Positions 44,635 to 57,600 of a stretch of 64,000 nt of DNA are shown here, one piece after another; positions within the stretch are counted from its first letter, which is position 1; the number at the start of each line of letters is the position of its first letter. A program made the translations under genes and the position numbers. Below the pieces are notes generated by a model that was not told the origin of the DNA, ran no database searches, and saw only the letters and a list, made by a program, of their open reading frames with translations. The DNA comes from Setoptus koraiensis (taxonomy: Eukaryota > Animalia > Arthropoda), in contig CM106586.1 of assembly GCA_048013815.1 (NCBI GenBank), positions 10,974,001-11,038,000 of the forward strand. Direction: 5' to 3'.

Positions 44635-45799
44635 ATGTCTTTGATGCAATACATAATTAGCTCGCTGCTAGTAGCCAGCTTGTTTTCTGATCTAGTTTTA
44701 ACTGGTCCAGTTGATCAAGGAGTTTATCCAGATGGTGAGTAGTCCTTATTTTGATGTATCTTGTCGCTTTGAATCGAATTTTGTGTTGCTTGCTCTGATT
44801 TGAATAACAACTATATTTTCCAAACAAAAAACCGAAAAAAAAACTCTATGCTGATCAGATTATACCATTGATGAGGGCCTGGATATACCTGGCGAAACAA
44901 CGAGTCAATCAGCAAAGACTACTTTAATAGCTGGCGCAATAGCTGGCGCTGTAAACTTTCTAGAGAGTGAAAAGAAGTTTGGTGACTTTGAAAGAATACT
45001 CAAGGGCAGAAAACAAGATGAAAACGTTAAAGATATGGGCCTTGAAGACCCAGCGTCGTTTGAGACCAAGTCATTGGTGACAAGTTTGATTATGGTTCGC
45101 AATCAAGTAGCTTTGTTCGCTGGCAAAAAGGGACATGAGGCTCTAGAGGCGAAAATTCGCGGTATAGCAGCCGATTTATATCTTCACTTGGTGCAGGCAA
45201 TTAATCCAACTGAACTCAACAAGAAACGAAATTTCTTATTCAACATTTTGTTCGAGAACGCGGCCCACTTGTTGCACTGGTCGGAACAAACAATACACCT
45301 GGAGTTGCCAAATAACAAGGATGTGGCGCAAACATTGAATGAAGCCAACAATATAGTCAGATCTCTGAGTGGGAAAATGATGCAAGGCGAACAATTGGAC
45401 GATGCCGCTAGAGAGGCTCTCAGCAATGCCCTGACCAAAATACAGCATATAGAGAAAGAATTGAGCAAACCGGCGGTGGTTAAATTGGACGAATTGGTCC
45501 TCACAGTCATGTCTAAAATATCCGAATTATTGAGAGGTATAATAAAAGAGACCGAAGAAGAACCAGTCGACGCCATCACAAAACATGTGAACATTCTCGG
45601 AGATATGCTCACTATAACTTGGGACAAGGATAGCACAATGAAGCGCATACTGAAGGCCATGCTGTTGGGCTTAGTGAGAACTCAGATACCTAAAATGAAA
45701 AAATTTGCCGCTTGGGTGGACAAAATAGCCAGAGAGGCCCACGAGAGATTGTATGCCGGCAACGATTTCCCCGAGCACATGCTCTACATATTAGATTAG
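44635..45799 (+). CDS. secreted, Cys-free, predicted helical orphan protein, 346 aa; join(44635..44734,44859..45799)
   Basis: Signal-peptide-like exon MSLMQYIISSLLVASLFSDLVLTG.., donor G|GTGAGT at 44735 and acceptor CAG|AT at 44858. The phase-1 junction restores the long ORF. Confidence 0.8.
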
Positions 45800-46157
45800 A
45801 GGTCCACTACATGTCGAAGATGGGGTTGAGGCATAACGGAGGCGAGCGAGGTTTCCACGTTCGGGGTGGCCGCCTAGATAAATCTGCCCCTGTATATTGT
45901 CGATGAACAATCTTCAAGTCTGGTGAAAGATACTAGAATGGAGTGCCATGTGAGAAAATTTATATCGCTCGTCCATTGGGCCAATCCATTCACGAAATTG
46001 TTTAATTGTTAAAAAAAAGAAAACTTTTGTTAACTGGCCTGACTCTTTTGTGAACTTTAAAAAGGTGTTGACTCTAAAAATTTTACTCATTGACAAGAGA
46101 GGGAGAAATTTAAACACTATACAGGCAGACAGAGCGTAGTTAAATGTTTTATGAAAG

Positions 46158-47623
46158 TTATAAATTAACATGAATGGCGCCCTCCTCAAGTCCGCACAAA
46201 TTGTCGCTGGTCCTCTTGATGAGAATCTGGCCAGATTGGCCCCATTGTTGTCCAAAGCTGTTCTGTAATATCCATGCTTGTCGTTTGGCGTCGTAGCCTA
46301 TCAACAGCGCATGATGATTGTACTGTTGCTTGGAACAATCCTTGTCATCATAGACACCCTCGGAATAGAAATGAAACGTTCTCAGGCTGGCGTTCAACAT
46401 AACAGGCAACGGGCCAATGTTTTGTAGGGCCTCGTTTATGTCGTTTGGATGTACCATATTATAGGTTTGCAATTTGACTATACTGTCGGCGACATTTTTG
46501 TCCGTAATCTTGTCCAATTTACATTGGCCATCGTCCGGTAGGCTGGGATAATCGCCATTCATGTGGATGCCTTTCAGTTGCAAATAGGACAGTATATCCA
46601 CCATTGGTAGATCTGCCTCGCAAACGGACTTCTTCGGATCCTTCGTGTCCTTATTTGTCAAACAGTCCAGCACTTCCTGGATGCTGAATCGCATAGGCTG
46701 ACCCCTAATCTTGTAGATGCTGTCCATGTGTGCCACCTTTGACATTCAGAGAATTACGGGATGATTTCATGAATAAATTAACAATTGAAGCATGATAACT
46801 CGGCGCTCGCAATGAGGAAGTCATAAGGTGTTGCACTTACTATTGCGTGAATTTGTCCACTATGACACTTGCCCTGATTTTGGGCCGGATAAACAACGCC
46901 CTTTTTGGACCAATCAATGCTGTCCTCGTCTGGCGAGTTGCCACCTAAATTGATGCCTGCCATCTTGTTGACGGGCGGCGGTGACCTATGCTGATTGCCA
47001 AATATCTGTTGTTTGTCCAAAATATTGCCAATGTATTGAGCATTGATTTCTTCTGTATTGAGATCGCCAAAGTGATTCAATTTCAATTTGAACGAAATTG
47101 ACTTTTGTTTGTTAAATGCCATTATATAATTTCTATTTTTTAAGAATATCTCTTTGCGTTTCTCCAATTCCAAGCGATCGCTCTCTTGCTGTTTGGCAGC
47201 ATCTTCGCCATATTTGTAATACTGGGGCTTATACCTGTCCAACCATCTGGTCCAGGCTAGATCATCGGGTACGCTGACGTCGTTGAAATCATCGTTTTGA
47301 TTTGCATTTTCTATTTGTCTACTCTTGTCGTCATTAAGGTTTTGGAATTGGGTGGTCGAGGATAAATTTAATAGTCGCATTGGCAGCAACACCGAGGATT
47401 GCTTCTTGTTGGCGTTGGTAAGCTTGTCCGATGGCGCATTTTTGTCGTCTTGGACTGATTCTAGAGTTTGTGGTTGTCCATTGTTGTGGTTCGCGTCGGA
47501 ATCGGTGGTCGGCGTGTCCGACGAAGGAAATGTTACGAAATCTCCAGACTGGTATATCACTATGATTGTGGCAACAATTATTATGGCCAATATCGCCAAA
47601 ATTATCTTAATGTTAGATGACAT
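46158..47623 (-). CDS. cathepsin L-like (papain C1A, I29 prodomain) homologue lacking the catalytic Cys, 453 aa; join(47623..46841,46736..46158)
   Basis: N-terminal hydrophobic anchor, prodomain FKLKLNHFGDLNTEE, mature SIDWSKKGVVYPAQNQGKCHSGQ, FSIQEVLDC, YSEGVYDDKDC, NHHALLIGY, WILQNSFGQQWG. The GTAAGT..AAAG intron 46737-46840 joins the two parts in frame. Confidence 0.88.
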
Positions 47624-50430
47624 TTTTCCGAATGTGTAAGAATAAAATAATACAAGCGTATGAATGAATTGGAGTTCACGAATTTTTCTATGAATCAATC
47701 AAATAGCGTTGGAGTTTCTTTCTCGGGCAAAATTTGTGGGTCTGCTTGTGTTTGTGACAACAGGTGCCCCTCGGCAAATTGTGTGGCTCGGTTGGTGATT
47801 TATTGTTGCTACTGCATTGTCACTGCAGACAGCAAGGTTCCGATTGATAATGCAAGGATCATCATCTCGTGCAATTGAATTGTTGGTCGCATTAGACTGA
47901 CAATATTTTTCTGGCTTGAATTTCAACGAAAAACAAATTGACTATATTAACAAACGCACAATTCTCTGGCACAATTATGCGGCTTGCTTTGTTTTGTTTT
48001 GTTTTTCAGGCGGAACAGATAAAAATATGATTACTTTGAAACTGAATAACACTGCACTTGTTTGCTGCTTTCATTAGTTACATAGTACATTAATTAATGT
48101 TTTTTTGAATATCCAAGCAAGCCAGCAACAGCCTAATAAAGTGTTAATTGTTGTTATTTGATTACTGTCGCTCTGTTGTTGCTGTTAGTCACCACGAAAC
48201 TACTACCAATTGCCACCATGAATGGTTCATTTGATATTACAGATTAGTTTAGTTAGCATCATCGCCAATAAGAATAACAAGCTGCAAAGTTTTGTCTGGG
48301 CGGTTGATAGTTGTCGAGGAAGTAGACGGATGGACGTGTCAATGATATCAGTTGCTTTAATCAGCGCCAACAAGTGCCAAATGATAGATTGACAGTCGAT
48401 TATAGTTATTAGTCATGATGATTATTATATTCTCCAACTAAAATTGTCGAGCAGCGTACATCATCTCGGTATCGATTTATAATGTAATAGTGTAAGAAAT
48501 GCAATGATGAAAATAGTTAATTACTCAGTGGTATCTACTTTGCTATTTAGATGTTTTGCAATCGCGTTGTACGTATCGCCAATTAACTTGCAAAACAGCA
48601 CCAACAATTATCGGCAACCACCAGCAATCACGGGCTATCATCGACAACCATCAACAACCAAGTTAATTGTTTGAGCATCTATGGCAACAGTTGGATTGAT
48701 TTTGATCGTGCCAGCAGCATCTTATCTCGCTACATCTAGATTAATAGTGTATTGCTAATGATGGAAATATACACACGTTTATTGACATTATGTGATTGTT
48801 CACTTGTTGATCACGAATCTTCATGCTCACATAGATAACAAACAAGCACCTATATTATAGTGTTTGTGTCTAGCCAAGCTAATGCTCACAGTCAGTCGGG
48901 CCAATAGCAATCGGATAGCAATTGTGATAGATAGAGAAAGAGAGAGAAGCAGGGATAATGAAAAAGCGAGCGTCTTACAAGTTGTTGGATGCCCGGTGCA
49001 GTTTTGTGCAATAATGTGACGATGGCAATTATCACTCTTGATTGGTATTTATTATGATCTGATCGCATTTATCATATTTATATTTCCCAACTAGTTATCG
49101 ACTGACAAATGATCTTGCTAAAACTTGATCAGCTGTGGCCAATGTCAAACCCACGGCTCTTCATTGCCATGGAACCGTTGTCTTAAAAGTTTTCGGCTGC
49201 TTTTGCACAAATTCCGATATCACTATGACATTTGTAGGACTCAATGAGATTCATTTATGACTCAACGCTCACGTCTTCAGTCAACTGACCCATCTAGAGT
49301 ATAGAGACGTCACGTCTGATAATTTTCATTGACAGATATCATTGGCGAACCGCCAATTACTGCGAATAACAACGATCTGGGCAGATAAAGCGAGATTGTA
49401 ATTTAAAGGTTGTTGTTGTTGTTTATATCTTGTGGTAGCTCGACAACAATCCCGTCGTCAGTCGAGATAATCGGCTACTGTTGATGCGATCGACTGTCCA
49501 TTGTTCGTTGATTGGCAACTTGTGTATTTGAATGGCCTCAAGAAGGCTGGCGGCGGCGAATGTCAAAAAGAGAGCAACAATATCGATCGAGAATCAGCGA
49601 GCAAGCAAGCATCATCCCAAGGATCAACACCATTTGAATGGTGCCAATAATTAGCTACTTTGGCTAATTAGCTCCAGCAAATAAGCAGTGTTGTGCCATT
49701 CTACAGATAGTAGACTATCAGGCAGCGGATGCTGTGTTGACTTGGTGTCATTATGTAATGAGCCAGGCCAAATTGAGTTGAGAGTAATGCGCTGTCGCTC
49801 AATAAACATGCAATCTTGTGATCGTTTCAGAACAATCACAACAGATTATCACAAATGCAAAAACACAAATTGCATACGATAGCTAACAAGTGCTAATATC
49901 AGCTTGCACAAAATAAACAATCAGTCATCAAGATATAACAATTTGCTATCGTCGTGCGGTGGCAAAATGCAAACAGTGGCTGATTTTAGAGCAGTGCAAA
50001 TATGAATAAACACGAAACATGAATACCGTTGCCGTTCAATTATTGGTGCTCGAATCAGATTTTTGGGAGTTCTCGCCAGCGAAACGTGGTTACGTATTGT
50101 TCCGCTAATTGAGCAAACTGGCCCCATCCGGACATACGTCGGCACACTCCCGAGATGGAGAAAGTCAGAGAAAGAGTTCAGTTCGGGAGATGGCAAAAAC
50201 ACTGTGTTGGGGTTTGGCGATCATCATGTGTGATCAGATTGTTTATTGTCGATTTGTGTTGGTTACAATTTCGTCATTTTGTCGTCTGTAATGTCGTTCA
50301 CAAGGCGACCATTGAGCTTGCCAACAACGAACAATGCTGATCATGATGCTTCCCGCGACAAATCCCGGGCCGAATGATGTTGGCGATGACGGGAAATCAT
50401 TTGAGGAATCAAATTATTGCTAGATGTCGC

Positions 50431-50821
50431 TTATTTCTTCAAGATGTAAGCTGCTGATGGGTAGGCTGCGTATCCGTATGACGCAACTGGAGCGGCAGCC
50501 ACTGCTGGTGCGGCCACGGTGGCCGCGGGCCAGCCGGCGTATCCGTAAGCTCCGTAGGCAGCTGGGTAGGCTCCGCCGTAGTAAACTTGGGCTGAGGCGA
50601 CAGCGACGAAAGCGGCAACGATGGCGAGAATGATCTGTGATGATGACAACAACACATTATGACAAAGCAATAAAAACAAATATACAATTTGGCGATTAGT
50701 TAGTGATAAATGGTAATTGTTTTAGCTCAGGTGGACAGGTGAGACAGAGATTTGATCTCAGATGGATTGCAATGGCGGGCATTGTTTGGTGGAAAAGTGT
50801 ACTTACGATTGCTTTAGACAT
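50431..50821 (-). CDS. small Ala/Tyr/Pro-rich secreted cuticle-type protein, 72 aa; join(50821..50807,50634..50431)
   Basis: Exon 1 MSKAI|gtaagt, acceptor cacag|ATC, signal peptide IILAIVAAFVAVASA, AAPA/V and YGY motifs typical of low-complexity cuticular proteins. Confidence 0.8.
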
Positions 50822-50914
50822 TGTGATTTGGTTTTGTGTGGTTGGTGTTGGTTTGTTGTTGATGGAGAAGTTAATTGTTAACTTGGGATTGATTTAGTAG
50901 TTTGGAGAGCGTGT

Positions 50915-50952
50915 GAATGATGCCAATTGACAAGCAACCGCCGCTTTTTATA
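50915..50952 (-). promoter_or_regulatory. TATA box plus arthropod initiator of the cuticle-type gene
   Basis: TATAAAAA at 50952-50945 and TCATTC Inr at 50920-50915 on the minus strand, with canonical ~30-nt spacing. Confidence 0.65.
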
Positions 50953-52423
50953 TCAAATTGTTGGCCACCAAAAGAGCGTTTTGGTTAGCCAAAGCGGCTA
51001 GAAGGGCGCAAAAGGTAAGTTAGTAAATGAGACTTTCGCAACACTATCCAACGTAGCCACGAACTGAAAACGGGAGTGTCTTGCCAACGAATTCGCATAT
51101 TTATCACGGTGTAACCGCCAGCAGCGTCTTGCACGTGCTCAATATTGTTAGCGCTTGAGCGTGTGAGCTTACAGGTGAAGCTAGTACAGGTGAAGCTAGC
51201 ACAGGTGAGCACAATAGATGCAGATCTTGTATGCAGAAGGAGCCACTGCAAGGGTAACTGTGGACCGCACTCTGGCAAACACTGCTAACGGTATCGCCAC
51301 GGAAACCTGTTCCAGCTTGCCCAAATTTACTGCTGATATTCAGCACTAGTATTATTGTATGGATATAATAATAATATTGAGGGTCGTCGAATTGTGTATT
51401 TGATAATTGCAATCATCAGCCATAGTGAGAACCAACTGATAAATATATAATATAACGACGGATATTACCTGGCAAGAGAGACAAATAACGACTTTAGTTG
51501 GTGAACCGACAACAAGATGCTGGCATGTTAGCACATCTTAAGTGCAGTGACGCGCCAACTACGTCACCGGCCTCCGACACGAAGCTTGGCTGGCACGAGT
51601 AACGCCGATTGAGAAGCGTTACTCGTGCACGCTCGTCGACAACCGATTTTAATCAGCAACAATAACGCTTAGATGTTGATGGTAGACAACGATGATTCTT
51701 TTATTAATTGTATTGCAACAATTTGGCGAGCTCATTACTATACTCACACAGGTAGTGAGAGTGCGAGAATAACGGGTTAGTCTACCCTGTTCTGTTAACC
51801 ATTGCGAGAGCGACAGCGAGTTCAGTTATTTAACTTTGGATAGACAGCGACGTTTGACTATTATCGCCGAGCGTAAATATCGTATTAACAACTCCGACAG
51901 CCCAAGCTCAACCTGTTCGTTGCTCAACTACTGGCAGTGACGTTATCAGGTTGCCACAAGCGTAGCCAGTGTGTAATCTAACTCTACCATCGAAGGCTTG
52001 CATCATTTATTAGCATTTCTTCTTTGCGCCAATAACTAATAATATGATTCTGTCGCAGCGCAAATAATAAATTATAATCACCAACAACAGATCGTCGCGA
52101 CGGCATCGTCATCAGCGGGGCCTCTCTCGCGCTCACTCTAATGTGTAATCATGCTTTGTTTGTAACAATCGAATCAGCAACCAAAACGATAATGATCCAA
52201 GTCACTAATGATGTTATTGCCGTCGAAATTGATTATCATTGAGCGAACCAACCATTATCCAGTTAAACAGACAGTAAAAAAGACATCAGAGCGCGCTAAA
52301 ACAATTGCAGCCCTTACAGCTAGTAATATATTGTCTATTTAGACACTTTTTATTTTCATCATTCATTGTTGAGCTCGTCATTTATTAGCAATGCGAATTG
52401 CAAAGTTAAAAAAGGCATAATCT

Positions 52424-53129
52424 CTATAATTTATTTTGAGCTTCCGAATTATCTCGCTTGCCATAGATGAGAATCAATGGTATGTCGCCTATGTTGGGAA
52501 GTCTTGCAATCACAGGATTTCGCTCGGGATCTAGCATCTCCTTAAAAGGATTCGATATGGCAGGATCTACGAACGTCCCCAAGCCCATTTGCTGGATCAC
52601 CGTTTGTATGGGGCCGCTGTATGATGATGTCTGGGCAGAGGCCTGCTGCTGAAATTGTGTCCAACCGGGCACTTTAGTGATCATGTTAAGTCCGGGCCAA
52701 TTTGTCCAAAGCCAGAAAATATCATCGTTGTTACTCTTGTATGGCACAACCGATGATTCCTCTTGCTTTACACCACCCAATTGACCTAAATGCTCTTGGT
52801 CCGAAACAAACTGTTCTGAAGGTGTCTTTCCTGGAAAACCGAGAGTGTTGTCGCCGTCGCTTTTGCCGAGCTTGGTCTCAAAGAGTGGCGATTCAATGGG
52901 AGTTGCTGAGAATGCAGTCAGTATTAGTTGGTTGATCAGTGAGAAATCATTGGAACTTGCTATCACGGCAACAGCCTCAGTCTGACTGAGCCAATTGCCA
53001 AGTTACTTCGATTTGGAAATATTTACCTTCGTCAGAAACCTCAGGCAATGGTTTCGCCTCACTAGAGGCGAACACGATCACCATTAAACACATTCCAATC
53101 ACTGCATTCGACATTATATTTGTCTTCAT
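52424..53129 (-). CDS. secreted orphan protein, 194 aa, with C-terminal GKR motif; join(53129..53027,52905..52424)
   Basis: Signal peptide MKTNIMSNAVIGMCLMVIVFASSEA, donor G|GTAAAT and acceptor CTCAG|CA. The phase-1 junction is in frame with the long ORF. Confidence 0.78.
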
Positions 53130-54631
53130 TTTGATTAACTACGGATCAGTTGATTCTATCTTAACTGTATGAGTACTGCAATTGTTTCCAAGTTGGACCC
53201 CTTTATTTATAGCCGAGACTCGATAGCATTTCGTCCAATTCCCCATCCATATATCACATTAAATAAATAGTGATGCAGCATCAGCGATCCGATTTGCCCT
53301 AATTATGTTAAACACATGTCATTATTTGTTACACATAATTAGTGAACAATCATTAATAGATAATCGTACGTAAATCACGTACAAGACCAATAACAAATAT
53401 CTCTAACAGTTATTGTAGCTAACGCTACATTGGGATAATTGATGCTTGTTTGTTTGTACCATAAGCTATCTGATCTATTGGTAAACATGAGCATCAACAA
53501 CCTGTCAACATTATGTGTGATATAACATGAGATTAGTGTGATAGTTAGATGTTTACTGTTTGTCAGACAACGGAATTAACACATAGCTTGAATGTATCCA
53601 GTTGCACTGACGCATCACAGATTATTGTCGACGCAAAAAAAAACGATCGCTGTTTGCTGGGTCAGTCAACGGAGCGCTTAGCTCGAGCTTATCGAGCTAA
53701 TTAAGTCATAATTAATTACATTATCAAAACACTATAACGGACAAACTGGGATGGGGCGTCAATCACTCGAGAGTCCAAACATCGAAGAATCCATTAACAA
53801 TGTGCAATGAACAAAAAAAGTTTGAAAAGTTTCTAGATTCGACAGGTACTCCAGATAATCTAATAGTTGACTTTTATGACGAATAATCTGATTCAATACG
53901 TTTAATTTTAGAAGCCCCTAAAATATACAAGTGAGGCTTTGTCGCAACCACTTCCTGTATTCGCTTCTTCACTTGTGTGGAATATTTCCAAACAAGGCCG
54001 GAGGTTGAGCCCCTCTGAGCCCCTATGTTTCCGATCATAAAATGAACATCCATTAACCCAAATAGACCTCAAATACAGTAATTCAGATCTTAAATCGGGT
54101 TGTTTTCTATTCGGTGTCAGCAGAATCTTCACTTGTCTGCTTTGTTAAATAGAACAACGACACCTAGAGGTCATGTAGAAAAGTAGATCTGATCAGTTTA
54201 AAGCGATTCTCAAATTGGTAATAGAGAAGACCCCAAAGCTACACTCTATCTTTCTATGGGTGTTTTCGTATTGGAAACCTTTGGCCGGCTTGTCGGATAA
54301 ATAGAAGAGAAGATTTTAATGAGTTGTAGAGAAAAGAGGGAACGTCGATTTGCGAAGAAACAACATCAAAACACTGGGGTAATCTTTTCGATGAAGTGAA
54401 TGATTCGGTGTGGCGACATAAAGTGCGAACTGCACGCGTTTCGGAAAAGCACGCTAATAACAAATCATCTGTTGCTCTTGTTTGTATCCGAAATAAATGG
54501 TTCGTTTCTTTGCTTCGTGACACTAAACCATCTCTCATCACTAGTACATTCTAATGCAAAAATTATCTCCCTCTAATGTATTCTGATTTGTTCGCCGCCA
54601 TTTGTGCCAAGAACAACAATATTCAAGTAGA

Positions 54632-57600
54632 ATGTCAAAAACAGAGATCAATAAATATCTCAGAGAACTGAGTAAAGCCGAAAGGGACCCGAACAAACTG
54701 AAAGAATGCGCCGAATTGTGTAACTACATCGGAGATTTACATAGCGAAAGCAGGAACTATGATGAGGCCATTGAGTATCACGCTAAAGCATTAGAGTACA
54801 GCGAAAAGGATGGCGATAAAATGGCCATGGCTCTAGCCAACAGGTGCTTGGGTGAGTGTTATTCTGCCATTTCGGAATTTAAAACTGCCGAAAAACACGT
54901 CAAGCAATATAATAAGATTGTACAGAATCTGGGAAAGAAACCTGAGCATTTCATTGAGATGCAAAGAGCCAGGACCACGTTGGCTAGACTTTATTTGACT
55001 CAGGCTCAAGATTTGATGGAAAATGATTTCCAAGAAACTGACGAATTTAAGAGGGCCCTGGATCTTGCTGAGCAAAGTTTCACTAAGGCAAATGAGATGG
55101 CCAATTTTCTCTGGAAAAATTTTCAAAAGCATCTACCAGAAAAAGAATATCCCGAAATGAAAGCTAGACTCTTGCTCAATATAGCTCTGGTGAAAGATAT
55201 GAAAGGAAACTTTGAGGAGGCCACACAAAACTTGAAGAGGTCGATAGAAATATGTGAGGAACATAAACTGAAAGAAGATCTCTATCTGAGCCAATTCAAT
55301 TTGGCAAGCATTTATCGACAGCATGGTCACAAAGATTGCATGAATATTCTCGAGGCTGCCATTGCCACAGCCAAACATTTAAGGACCACTAAAAGTAAGC
55401 TCTATATTTGTGATGCCTATATTCAGAAAGGTCTAGTTTTGCTGGAGAAAAAAAACTTCCAGAAAGATGCTGCCATGAAATGTTTTTATTTGGCCTACGA
55501 GGAACAACCTAAAGATGGAACTCGCTGTGATGAAGACCTCCAAAGATCTATCAAACTTTTGAAGTTATCCTACATGATTTACATCAACTTTAACAAACTT
55601 CAAACTTCCTCAACTAGTTTTGATAAGATGGGGATCTACGAAAAGCTAGGTGATTGTTTTACGGAGCTAAAAATGTTCGGAATGGCCATCACTTATTATG
55701 AACATGCATTAGAGAGGGCAAGATCCTGCAATCGACCTTCAACGGAAATAGCTGCTATATGCACTTCCTTGGCAGAATCTTACGCGGATAATGGACAGTA
55801 CGAAAAGGCCATCGAGTATTATGAGAGGGAACTCAATTGTTGGAAAGGAAATAAAGCTGAACAATCTACAACTTTAGTTAAAATAGCTCAGATGAAGGAG
55901 TATATGAAGGCGCCCAGCAACTCAGTTATTGATGCTTATGAAAATGCTTACAACGTTGCTCGAGATAATGTAGCATCAGAGCACCATGTTCTCAAGTTTT
56001 TTGTGCCATATTTATCAATCAATGATTCAGGTGGTTCATTACATCGTAAGTATGAAGAAATTCTGCGAAATTGTTGCCCCATGTTAGAGGAGAATGCCGA
56101 TAAAGAGGATCCATCGGTTGCAGATGATGTAGATTTGGATGTCGTCTTAAATCTCTTTCAGGACGATTACTATGATGAAGAAGGATTCCAATTTACAAAG
56201 ACACACGGTAGAGCTAAGGGTTCAAAGAAGTTCAAAGTTAATGATTATGGCGAAACGCCATTACATCGAGCCTGCATAGAAGGAGACAAGAAGGCCGTAG
56301 AGCGGTTGCTTGATAACAACCATCCAATCAATCCAAAGGAATATTCTGAGTGGAGGCCAATCCATGAAGCTGCTAACAATGGACGAGCCGAAATTGTAGA
56401 TATACTTATACAAAGAGGTGCAGACATTAACTCTCGTGGTTACAAAGGTATAACTCCAATAATGGATGCTGCAAGCAATGGCTATTTCACTATCGTTGAA
56501 CTATTTCTCAAAAACCAAGCCAATTGCATTATGCTCGATGATGATGGTAATACAGCATTAGATCACTTGATGAATTTTTATAGGGATAATAGAAATAAAA
56601 TGACTAACGACGAGTTGGCGGATTGGAAACAAACAAAGCAGAACCTTGAACATGCCATGGATCAGGCTGGTTTTGATTTCAAAAATCATAGAGTGAGAAC
56701 AGAAATGATTGGATCTTCAACTAGAAAAAGACAACGCATTGAAAATAGCAACTCCACTACTATCAACAGGCATAGGGACCTCGCTGATGACCCTCAACCT
56801 AATCCACTCAAAACAGTAATTGATGATCTGCGAAGAACTACCACTACGAAAAAACAGACAGTTCCTGATAAGCCCAGTAATGCGGGCACATCGCATGGCG
56901 CTTTCACTCTTAAAGCTGATATTAAAGATTGGCTGATTGACGATGTTTCTGTCAATAAACGCAAAAAATATTGTCGTAGTGGCTTAGATGATGACGATTC
57001 GGAGGAAGATGAAGAACTGGAGCGTGATGTTGATATGGACGTAGTTGAACTGCTCGATGATAATATTAATCATAATCAAAGAGAAGTCACTCTTTCAGAT
57101 GAAGAAGATTTCAATGTTATCAAGGAGCAGCGTAACCAATCTAAAAGGAGGCGTCTTAATTCGCCAGCCTTCTCCGACGATGATGCAGATCTCGGTCTAT
57201 CTGCACGATCGGGCGGAATAGCCGATAGGAACTCTAGAAGTTCCAGAGACCCAATTTCAAACTATATTGTGACTAGAGATGATGCAAGTAGTGTTATTAG
57301 TAATAGTAATAGTACTATCACGTCTGCATCCTCAAGTGGTAAGAGACCCATCAAGATCGAGATTGAGTCAAGCACGATGCCTTTACAGGTTGATCCCAGT
57401 GTAAAAGTTCAGTGGCTTATAGATCAAGTGACCGAAAGGTATATGAGCTTCTTAAAATTGACAGTTAAGCCAACGATAGAACTCTACGCAGAAAACGCGG
57501 AGGACTTCCCACTCTATGGCAAGGATATTGTCCAAGATGTTGTTCACGGTAAATTGAAGGCCAAAATCAAATCTTGGAATCTGTTGCCTCTAGTCGATCG

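Noticed and set aside
53840-54560. Coding-like sequence upstream of TONSL
   Set aside because: Stops in all frames and no family recognised. It may be another eroded gene but cannot be supported.
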